From Candidatus Krumholzibacteriota bacterium (GTDB lineage: Bacteria > Krumholzibacteriota > Krumholzibacteriia > JAJRXK01), in the NCBI GenBank assembly GCA_963764625.1, contig CAVXTH010000007.1:192001-256000 (forward strand): 64,000 bases of DNA. Reading direction: 5' to 3'. Under the pieces are notes generated by a model that was not told the origin of the DNA, ran no database searches, and saw only the letters and a list, made by a program, of their open reading frames with translations. Both the position numbers and the translations under genes were made by a program. Below are positions 44,845 to 54,700 of the stretch, piece after piece. How positions within the stretch are numbered: the first letter of the stretch is position 1; each line of letters begins with the position of its first letter.

Positions 44845-47800
44845 ATGAATCTTAGCGCGAATCACCGCATTTGGGGAAGGAAGAGGCTGTCTCGCGACGC
44901 CTTGGCCCGGCTCACTGTCATACTGGTGGGTTTGACGACCCTCCTGCTTCCTCTCGTCTCACGGGCAGAGACTCCTCTGCAGGCCTGGGAACGCGTCGAG
45001 GCCATTCGACAGGAGCAGGGACCCGAACGAGCCCTTCCGCTGGCGCGAAACGCTCTCCATGGGCAGCCGGATTTCCCTCCTCTGTGGAGCCAATACGCTC
45101 GGCTTCGCGCCTCACTGGGTGGATACACCGGTGCTCGTGGCCTGCGTGACTCGCTGCGCGCGCACGGTACTCTGACCCAAGCACGAGTGACGGAAAGTTT
45201 CTTGGCCGCGGAGGAGAGCCGGTTTCAAGCAGCATTGGACACCTTGGCACTTCTGTCTCTTCCTCCCGCGGGCACTCCCGGCGAGGTCTTTCGTTGGCTA
45301 GACCTGGCCGCGATCAACGTGAGCGCGCGCCAGCTGGATCGTGCGGACAGTTTGCTCATACTCCTGAGTAACTCTACCGCGATTCCCCCTGGGGAGAAAT
45401 TTGCGCACTCTTACGTTCGGCTCACGATGGAGCTGCTTCGTGCTGCCCTGCAGCTCCACCAAGGGCAACATGATCTGGCGCTTGCCCGGCTGGACAGGCT
45501 GGCAAAAGGGGCGGCGTCTGAAGGATTCCTGGATCTGAGTATGCGGGCTCAGCACCTGCGCGCGCGGAGTCTGTCCGCTCTCGGCAGGTATGAACCGTCA
45601 CTAGCGGCTTACGAGTCGGAACTGGTACTGGCGCACAAGCTCGAGGATCGCTGGCAGATCGCCGCCATTGCCGCGTGGAAGGCCTGGGCGCTGGAACAAC
45701 TGGACGCGATACGACGCTGCTCTGAAGCTACGAAGGCTGTGTCTGGTCGAATTTCCCCAGTTGGGCGACACGCTCGGCACTTCCTACAGCTTGCTCAGCA
45801 TGGGGTGGGATGCTCTGCAGATCGGTGAGACGGATACGGCGGAGAATCTGATGGAGCGAGCTCGACGATTTGGACGGCAGAGGAAGTGGAAGTGGATGGA
45901 AGGTCAGGCCTGCATCAACCTGGGCGTGCTGTACATGAATTCCGGTCGATTCGATCTCTCGATGGAGGCGCTTGAACGAGCCCGAACCCTGGCCTCGGAA
46001 GAGAAGGATACGTACCGGGAACGATCAGCCCTCAACAACATCGCAATTCTGCACATGGAGCGAGGGCGGCCTGACCGGGCGCTCGAGATCTACGAGAAGC
46101 TGCTTGCCATTCAGAGAGAGCACAAGAACTACCATGCGCAGGTGACCGTTCTCAACAACATGGCTTTGGCCAGCGAGCGAATGGGTCAGGATGCGCAGGC
46201 TCGCGTGATGTACGAGCAGAGCGTGGCACTGGCCGAAGAGCGGGGACTCCCCAACAACGTGGCCCGGATCAATCTGGGGCGGAACGCCAGCGTCAACGGG
46301 CGGTGGGCTGAAGGTGAACACACTCTGCGCGCGGCAATCGCCGACGCGCGCAAACGGCAGGATACGGGTCAGCTTGCCGCGGCGCACGCTCAGTTAGGTT
46401 CCTGTCTCTGGTTCCAGGGGAAGGGAAAGGAGGCTCGCGACCATCTTCTGATAGCCGACCGTCTGCGCAGGGACGCGGGAATCGTGATGGAACGGGTGCA
46501 CGACCTCCTGCAATTGGCGCAAGTCGAAATCGGACTGCAACGAGGTTCCGATGCGCTGGCGACCCTCGATCGAGCGCAGCCCCTGGTCATGGGCAATGCG
46601 AGCGGATCCGAAGCAGCGCTTTACAGCATTCGAGCGCGCGCACTTTTGGAGCAGGGCGCGATCGAAGCGGCGCGCTCTCAGGCTCGTCGCGCCTTGGCAG
46701 TGGCCTCGACCTCATGGGTGGGGGAGGATGCGGGAACCCGGCTCGGACAGCAGATTGCGGCGGGACGCGCCCTTGAGGTGATGCTGGAAAGCGCGAAAGG
46801 CAGTGGCGAGAGCGAATCCCGAGATGTCGCTCGAGAGACCTTCGAATTGCTGCAACAGGTGCAGGCCCATGGTTTGCTCGAATACGTGCAGGGTGGTCAG
46901 CGCAGCATCGAACCTGACGTACCCGACAGTCTCCTCGAACAGGAACGGGCAGCGCGGGTAGCTGTCGATCATCTGCAGCAGGAACTCGGTTCGGGTCCAA
47001 ACTCGGCGGCATCCCGGGATTCGTTGCGATTGGCCTTGGCGGAAGCGCAGGCGCGGCAGGAACGTCTGCGCACGCTCATTTTTCGCCTGGACCAGCGTTA
47101 TCGCGAGATGACACAGCCGGCGGAAGTGGATTCGTCACAACTCGACAGGCTACTGGCACCGGGAACCCTGATTCTCGACTATCTCTGCGGTCGCGGGTGC
47201 CAACCAGGAGATTCCTGCCCTCTCTTGCTTTTCGCCGCCGACTCGTCGGGGGTGAATGCATACACCCTCGGACAAACCACCGATATCGCGCGGCAGGTGG
47301 CACTGTTGTCAGACTTACTGGCACACCCACCAGCGAGGGGAAAAGACGAGGATGTACAGCTCCTGCTGAGCGATCTCGGACACGTCCTGTTGGGGCCAGT
47401 CGCCGAACGCATCGATCGCTACGACTCCGTGATCGTGGTTCCCGACGGGGTGCTGACGCGAGTACCTTTTGCTGCTTTGAGGGTTCCGATCGCCGGAAAT
47501 CCTTCGCACGAGGTCTACGTGTTGGAGAAGACCACGATTCAGACAGTTCCCTCCCTGGCGGTCCTCTCTCAGCTTCGGCGCGCGCAATTGCATGAGCACG
47601 CGGCCAGGCCCCGATGGGACATTGCGATCTGGTCGGGCTCAGGCTCTGCCACAGAGGCGGGCGGCACACGCTCCAATCCGTCTCTCAAGCTTCCTCACGC
47701 GGAAGACGAACTGCGGGTTTTGCGATCGGGTTTCGCTCGTACCACCGTCCTGCAGGTGAACTCCAAGGAACTCAGGGCGAGTCACGGTGAGCTCTCGAGC

Positions 47801-48379
47801 TTGGTTCCCGTGGGCTCGAGCAAAGTGCTGCACTTCATCGCGCATGGATATTTCGACCGCCGGCAACCCTGGAGGTCGGGTCTCTATTTCACGGGTGGCC
47901 CGAACGGCCAGAGTCTTCAGAAACTCGAGATCGCGGACATCTACCGCATGAAGCTTCAGTGCAGCCTGGTCACCCTATCGGCCTGCGAGACGGCCCGAGG
48001 CAGTTTCGACGAGGGAGTGGGATTCCTCGGGCTCACCCAGGCTCTTTTCGGCTCTGGCGTGCCATCGGTTCTCGCAACCCTCTGGCCCATCGATGACGCG
48101 AGTGCCCCCAAGTTCATCAGCGCGTTCTACCGACAGCTCGTCACAGGCTCAACCAAGGCGGAGGCTCTTCGTCAGGCGCAATTACAGTTCCTGCAGGACG
48201 AGAGGTTCCGTCAGCCGTTCTACTGGGCGCCCTACGTGTTGATGGGTGACGGCGCGGGCACCGTGAAACTCACGTTGCGGCGTTCCGTTTCGCTCGCAAC
48301 CCCCGGGGTGACGCTGGCGATCGGCTTGTTGCTCCTGCTCGCGGCGCTTTGGTCCTGGCGGCGACGAGTCGGCCACTAG
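44845..48379 (+). CDS. Exported TPR + CHAT (caspase-like) protease with C-terminal membrane anchor (frameshift ~45705)
   Basis: Signal-peptide-like N-terminus; TPRs (ALNNIA, VLNNMA); CHAT motifs VVPDGVL, LHFIAHG, LVTLSACET, ATLWPIDD, FYWAPY; terminal TM helix + RRR. Confidence 0.9.
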
Positions 48380-48480
48380 CCCCCCGGGGATCTCACCTCG
48401 CCGATCTTCGTTGCCATTTTCCTTCGCTGGTGTGTTCCACCCTTGTCCGACGCTCAAACCGGGCAAGGGAGGCACAGCCA

Positions 48481-49020
48481 ATGAAGATCACGCTCGTGTT
48501 GGGAACGCTGCTCTTGGCGACCACGCTGGCCCTTGCCTCGACGGGCGCCGAGATCCACTGCTGGTTTCTGGGCATGGGTGGGGAGCCATCGACTTCTGCC
48601 ACGTATTCCCTTCGCTCGTATATGGGTCCATCGGTGGTGGGCGTTTCCACCTCGTCCAGTCACATTTTGGTGCACGGGCCCGTTCTGTGTTACCCGGCTA
48701 CGGTGACTGCGGTCGAAGATCCAAGTGCCTCTCTCCCAAAGTCAGTTCGGCTCCATCAAAACGCTCCCAACCCGTTCAACCCCCGCACGACGATTCGCTA
48801 CGATCTACCTGAAGACGCTCCTAAAGTGGAATTGAGGGTGTACGACCTGAGCGGGCGATTGGTGCGGACCCTCGTTGATGGTCCCCAATCCGCGGGATCG
48901 AAGTCTGTCGTATGGGCTGGTCGTGACGAGGCCGGCCGGTTCGTCGCCACCGGTGTCTATCTCTATGTGCTTACGACCCCCGCTTACCGTTTTACCCGAA
49001 AGATGGCGCTGGTGAAATGA
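48481..49020 (+). CDS. Small secreted protein, mostly a FlgD-Ig/T9SS-type-A-like domain
   Basis: ATG after GGGAGG; signal peptide; ~55 aa body; QNAPNPFNPRTTIRY..VYDLSGRLVRTL..KMALVK. Confidence 0.85.
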   Translation: MKITLVLGTLLLATTLALASTGAEIHCWFLGMGGEPSTSATYSLRSYMGPSVVGVSTSSSHILVHGPVLCYPATVTAVEDPSASLPKSVRLHQNAPNPFNPRTTIRYDLPEDAPKVELRVYDLSGRLVRTLVDGPQSAGSKSVVWAGRDEAGRFVATGVYLYVLTTPAYRFTRKMALVK

Positions 49021-49136
49021 ACGGCTGGCAATACGAACACCATCGTTCGAAAAGAACCGCCATGCGCGGGGAAGTTCTCATCTCTCACTTCGTGGTGCTT
49101 GCCTGCAGACGGCGACACGAAGAGCGGAACCGGAAG

Positions 49137-49179
49137 ACCCTCAGACGCCTTCAGATGAGTCATTCATGCGCCTGAGGGT
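49137..49179 (-). terminator. Possible hairpin between convergent genes
   Basis: ACCCTCAG..CGC / GCG..CTGAGGGT inverted repeat. Confidence 0.3.
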
Positions 49180-49205
49180 TCACGTACTGATTTGCTCCTG
49201 AGACC

Positions 49206-49955
49206 TCAGTCGTCGTACTTCGCCTTCATGGCACCCCATGTCATCGCGGGCGCCGGTACCGGTGACTCGCAGGTCTTGAAGTTCTGCGTCTCGCCAGCCG
49301 TACCCCCCTGGCCGTCGAGAATGCTCCCCGGACAGCCGACCCAATCGATCTGGTATTCGATGTCAAAGAAGCTGTCGACCTGGAAGTCGGTTCCAGGCAA
49401 ACCCAGCCTGGTCAGCGTTGTGTGACCGGGGCTGGGCAACCCGAAATCCGCGCCTGCAGTGAGATGCAGAGTACAGAAATCCGGGTCACCGAAAAGTTGG
49501 CCCTCCAGGCTGTTCACCTCGCCATCGAAATCCTGCACTGCATCACCAGGAGTTCGTGGCGCCATGCTCATCGTTCCGTCCACCGGGAGAACGATGAACC
49601 GGTGGTAGCCGGCGAGGTCGCCGGTGCCGTCCATCGTCATTTCGAGATTGCCGGAGAACGTCGAAACGGTTCCCCCCAAGGTTCCACCGGGACCCTCCGG
49701 AGTCGAGCTGGTGACGATGAGGGCGCCGCTGATGTTGATCGTCGCGCTTCCACTGAAGCCACTTGTGATGTGCATGGCTCCGGAATAACCACTGGTGCAG
49801 AGGGGAGCCATGCCGACCGTACCGGAGCCGTCGTCCGGCTGGACGCAACAGGACGAACTCTGTGCGAACGCACCCTGGGCTCCCAAGAGAGCGGCCAGGG
49901 CGAGCAGCGGGAGGAGTCGAAAGAGAGGGCGTGTCGTCAATCGCAAGCTGTTCAT
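49206..49955 (-). CDS. Secreted Cys-containing protein with DSFFDI motif and C-terminal TWGxxK tail
   Basis: Signal peptide ending AFA; GLPSPGHTTL, VDSFFDIEY; ends PVPAPAMTWGAMKAKYDD. Confidence 0.85.
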   Translation of the reverse strand: MNSLRLTTRPLFRLLPLLALAALLGAQGAFAQSSSCCVQPDDGSGTVGMAPLCTSGYSGAMHITSGFSGSATINISGALIVTSSTPEGPGGTLGGTVSTFSGNLEMTMDGTGDLAGYHRFIVLPVDGTMSMAPRTPGDAVQDFDGEVNSLEGQLFGDPDFCTLHLTAGADFGLPSPGHTTLTRLGLPGTDFQVDSFFDIEYQIDWVGCPGSILDGQGGTAGETQNFKTCESPVPAPAMTWGAMKAKYDD

Positions 49956-50056
49956 AGATGCTATCTCCTAAGCTGGGGGAACTAGTTCACAAGCCCCGAC
50001 CATACCATACCCGCCAGTTGGGGAGTGGCCCCGACCCGGTTGAGGGCGGGTTTCGA

Positions 50057-50107
50057 TTGACAGGAGGGTCCCTGATGGCTATTTATGAAATTGATTTTCA
50101 TTATCAA
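50057..50107 (+). promoter_or_regulatory. Sigma70-type promoter with Fur-box-like operator
   Basis: TTGACA (50057-62), 17 bp, TATTTA (50080-85), then TTGATTTTCATTATCAA (50091-50107), close to the 7-1-7 Fur consensus TGATAATnATTATCA. Confidence 0.65.
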
Positions 50108-50130
50108 TTACGGCGCGAGAGGCCGAGAGC

Positions 50131-50961
50131 ATGCCATTGGACCGCAAACCAATTGAATACAAACGAGTTAGTGGTCTTTGTCTTCGTAGCTCAGGGCTGC
50201 CCTGGATCGCCGGGTGTGTGGTCGCGCTGGCGTTGCACGCCCATCCAGGGAGCGCCTGGGCCCTGGATACTACCGAGGCCTTCGGCCTGGGGCTCAGCGA
50301 TGCCGAGGCCTACTTGGGCTACGACGGGCTGGGGCGGACCCAGAGTTCCCGGGAACTCTCCAACGAGTTCGTGCTGGGCTATGGGCTCAGCGACCGGGTG
50401 GCCCTCCGGGGGGGCGTGGGCTTCGCCGCCGAACAAAGCTATTTCGCAGGAGAGAAGAATCTGACTCTGGGATTTTTTTCGGAGGTGGGCGACCGGACGC
50501 ATTTCGACCTGGACTTCATGCTCGACCTCGGCGCCAGTGGGGACGCACTGGGCGACCTCAGGTTCGCCCCCGCGGTCGAAGTGAACTACGACCGCGACCC
50601 CGACATGAGCTCTTGGGGAATCTATCTGCGCACTGGGCCGTCTGTGTCTTGGCAATGGGAAGAAGTTGGGCCATGCACGCGAAATCGGCGGAACCTGATC
50701 GATTACGCAGTGAATCCCGGTGCGTATCTACGGCTCTCTCCGCGGTACGAACTTCTCGTCGAGTACGATTTGTTTCTTCCCTTGGGAAAGCGGCGTGAGC
50801 CCGACGAGACAACCCAAGTTGTCGGTCTCGGGCTCAACATACAGGTTTCCGAAGGGTTAGAACTCATCAGCCAAGTCCAGCGCGACTTTCCTCGGGGCGG
50901 CGAAAGGCCAAGGGGCGGTGTAGTCATCGGCTTCATTGTGACCCTGCCTTCTTGGCAATGA
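50131..50961 (+). CDS. Hypothetical outer-membrane beta-barrel protein
   Basis: Signal peptide ending AWA, alternating hydrophobic beta strands (FVLGYG, VEVNYD, LLVEYD, VGLGLN). Start codon uncertain. Confidence 0.65.
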   Translation: MPLDRKPIEYKRVSGLCLRSSGLPWIAGCVVALALHAHPGSAWALDTTEAFGLGLSDAEAYLGYDGLGRTQSSRELSNEFVLGYGLSDRVALRGGVGFAAEQSYFAGEKNLTLGFFSEVGDRTHFDLDFMLDLGASGDALGDLRFAPAVEVNYDRDPDMSSWGIYLRTGPSVSWQWEEVGPCTRNRRNLIDYAVNPGAYLRLSPRYELLVEYDLFLPLGKRREPDETTQVVGLGLNIQVSEGLELISQVQRDFPRGGERPRGGVVIGFIVTLPSWQ

Positions 50962-51307
50962 GCTAGCTTCGCCCAGCACTCCGCAAACTTCGAGCGCGCT
51001 CTGTAACGAGCGATGCGAGTGCGAACAAGCCTTCATGACAGCGCGGAATTCTAGTTGCCGTCGCTGCTGTCGCGTTGCTTGCAATCGTGGGGTCGAGTTC
51101 CCTTCCGATTTATGGGTCGGATTCTCTGCATATTGAGAGAAGGAGGTCATGGGGAACTCTCGAATCGATCTCGAGAGGAGGATATCCCTGAGAGCAACAA
51201 AGAAGTCAAGGAACTGATCGCTCAGGGACGTGGGGCTGGAAGTAGTGGGTCGAATTCCAGTACCATCAATGCACTGGTCCTTTCCTTCCCCCAAAGGGAG
51301 TACTCTC

Positions 51308-51642
51308 ATGAGTGCGACCTTGGCGTCCGCGGTCCCACCCAAAACGACACACACTTTGGCAAAGCGGTCACGACCGCCGGCGATGTCAATGGCGATGGCT
51401 ATGACTATGACGACATCATCGTGGGAGCGCCAAGCTACGATGCGCTCGGGAACCCCGCCAACGACAACGGTAAGGTTTTCGCCTACTACGGTTCCCCTAC
51501 CGGGACCGGAGGCACGGAGAATTGGTCCGTGACAGGGGGGGTGGGTTCACAACTCGGCGCCTCACTGGCGTCCGGCACCTACTTCGCGCGCCTGCAAATT
51601 CCCGGCACGGGGCAGACCCGCCGGATCACCCTGATGCGGTAG
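51308..51642 (+). pseudogene. Internally deleted mosaic paralog of the downstream FG-GAP gene
   Basis: Similar leader and ATG, then segments matching repeat 1, repeat 4 and the last 26 codons of gene 51714..55052. Confidence 0.8.
51555..51640 (+). repeat. 86-bp direct repeat, copy 1
   Basis: Matches 54965-55050 with 3 mismatches by manual alignment. Confidence 0.92.
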
Positions 51643-51713
51643 TCGGAGCGAAGACCCGATTGCCAGGCTCGGCCACAGATCTACGGTCTCTTTCCCCCGA
51701 AGGGTATTGTCAC

Positions 51714-54700
51714 ATGTCTGGATCTTCATCCACTCTCGTTCCTCTGATCGTTCTTCTTTTGATCTGCACCGCTAGTACCACTCCCGCCAACGCACAAGGA
51801 GACTGTCTTCCCAACTATGGAGTCCAGTACGTGGGTCTGCCCCAGGTCGACGCGCATTTCGGAAAAGCGGTTTCCACCGCGGGTGACGTCAACGGTGACG
51901 GATACGCCGATTTCATCATGGGAGCTCCCGATTACGACTTCGACGACTTCGACGAGGGCTTTTTCACGGTCGCTCTGGGTGGACCTGATGGAATGGAAGG
52001 CGTCGGAGGAGGTCAGTTCGGCGACGTACCCTTTGGAAACCTGGGGTGCTCGGTGTCAACTGCTGGCGACGTCAACGGGGACGGCTTCGATGATGTCATC
52101 GTAGGGGCGCTCGGCTACACCCATGGGGAAAGTGGCGAAGGGCGCGCCTATCTCTATTACGGCTCCTCCGGGCCGGCCCCGATGAACAATCCTGCGGCGT
52201 GGATCGGTGAAATCAACCTGGCCGGTGCGCTCTTCGGCACCTCGGTCTGTACTGCCGGTGATGTCAACGGCGACGGGTATGCAGATGTCATCATCGGAGC
52301 ACGTGGACTCGGCGGAGGGCTCCTGGGTGACCAGTCAGGAGCAGCTTACATCTTCTTCGGATCGCCTAGCGGGCTCGCGAGCACGTACGATCAGGTCGTC
52401 TTCGGTTGGACCGAAAGCGCGCAGTTCGGCACTTCGGTGGCGACCGCAGGTGACGTCAACGGCGACGGCTACGACGACGTCATCGTGGGTGCGCCGGGAT
52501 ACGACGCTCTGGGGAACCCCGCGAACGACAACGGGAAGGTGTTCGCATACTACGGCTCTCCCACGGGAATTTCGACGACCGAAGACTGGTCCGTGACGGG
52601 AGGCCTGGGTTCCCGCTTGGGCAATTCGGTCTTCACCGCGGGCGATGTCAACGGTGACGGCTATGCCGATGTCATAGTGGGTGCACCGAACCGGCTTGAC
52701 GGTTCGTTTCAACCGGTTGGTGAAGCCGACGTGTACCTAGGGGGTCCATCGGGCCTTGCGACATCACCGGTATGGACGAGGGTAGGGGTCGTGAGCGAGG
52801 GGCGATATGGTTTTGCCGTCGCAACGGCGGGTGACGTCGATGGCGATGGCTTCGCAGACATCGTCGTTGGCGTTCCGATGCAGAACGGTTACCAAGGGCG
52901 TATCGAAGTCTACTTTGGCAGCTCCGGCGGCCCTTCGGTGGACCCGTGCGTGCGGGTTTCCGGAGTGACCGACTCGGGCTTTGGTGCCGCAGTTTGCACC
53001 GCGGGTGACCTCGACGGAGACGGTTACTCGGAGATCATCGTGGGAGAGTACCTTGGCGACTTTACAAATCCGAGCTATCCGGGCAACGGAGCCGTATGGC
53101 GCTACACGGGAGGGGCGCGGCTTCCCTCAGAGGCTCCTGGTTGGATCGCCTCGGACGGAACCGCCGATACCGATAACGGACACGCTGCTTCGACCGCCGG
53201 TGACGTGAACGGCGACGGGTACTCGGACGTCATCGTCGGTGCGCCCAACTACAGCAACTTCATGTCTGGACACGGGCGCGCCCGCGCATACCTGGGGACC
53301 GCTTACGGCCTGTCGACGAATGCGTCGTGGTCGAAATCGGAGAGTGGCACTTCAAGCTATGGCGCTGCCGTCTCGCTTGCAGGAGACGTCAATGGCGACG
53401 GGTACACCGACGTGCTGGTAGGCGATCCCAATTTCAATGCAGGCCAAGGAGACGAAGGCAAGGTTTTCGAGTACGACGGGGGACCGAGCGGACTCTCCAC
53501 AACCTCCTCATGGTCGAGGGTGGGAGACGCGCAAACCAGCTTGTTCGGTGACGCCCTGTCCGATGCGGGTGACGTCGATGGCGATGGCTACGGAGACATC
53601 CTGATCGGAGCGGATGGGTTTGGCAGCACCACTGCTTACCTGTTCCGTGGATCGGCCACCGGCCTCGAGAGCTCGCCTTCCTGGTCGTTTACGCTGGAGA
53701 GCGTGGGAAACACGGTGGCCGGCGCGGGAGACGTGAACGCCGACGGATACTCCGATGTGATCGTGGGACAGTACTCGACTTTCTATGGGGTCGGTGACTC
53801 GCGGGGTGCGGCCTATGTGTGGTACGGATCCCCCACCGGACTATCTGTTTATCCCCAAGCGTCCATTTGGTTGAATGCAGCTAACGCGGCCCTCGTTGCG
53901 GTTGACACGGCGGGTGATCTGAATGGCGACGGATATTCCGACATCCTATTGGGAGGCTTCTCGCTCGACGGAATCGTACAGGTGCATCTGGGTGGACCGT
54001 CTGGCATCGACCCAACGCCCGCCTGGTCGCGGCCGGGTACGGGGGGAGAGAACTTGGGGATATCTGCTGGTTATGCTGGGGATGTCAACGGCGACGGGTA
54101 TAGTGACATTGTTGTCGGCTCGCAGGGCTACAGCAACGGACAGCAATTTGAAGGCAAAGTGACCGTATTTTTCGGGACTCCGTCGAGCTCTTCTCCGATC
54201 GGGGACGAGTGGTCCTTCGAATCGAACCAGGCCAACGCTCAGATGGGTAGACTCGTGAGCACCGCTGGCGATGTGAACGGAGACGGATTCGCTGACTTGC
54301 TGGTGCCCCTATGGGACTCCGATCAGATCTTCCTGCATCCCGGCAACCAAGGGAATGGACTGCCCAGGATTCCCCGCCAGGCTCAGTACGACGGTTCGGC
54401 GCCGATCGATTTGTTGGGAAATTCGAACGTACAGACCGCCTGGGCCCTGAAAGCGTTGGGTCGATGCCCGGCGGGACGAACGAAACTTCGGATGGAATAC
54501 GAGGTGAAGGCGGTTGGGGTGCCCTTCGACGGTTCGATCCAGTCGGGTCCGTACGCCGACACCGGCGCGCCCACTCCGGCGGGCAGCGCGGTCGCGCTCG
54601 AACAGCGGGTTACCGGCGCCTCTTCGGAGGCCGCATACCACTGGCGGATGCGTTTCCATTCACGTTCGCCGTACTTCGAATACAGTCCCTGGATCGGGCT

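Noticed and set aside
44845-48379. Type III-E CRISPR (Craspase) accessory locus
   Set aside because: No Cas7-11, Csx30/31 or array; the protease appears exported and membrane-anchored.
51320-51642. Diversity-generating retroelement template repeat for the FG-GAP gene
   Set aside because: Mismatches are mostly synonymous third-position changes of all base types, not adenine-specific, and no reverse transcriptase is in the window.
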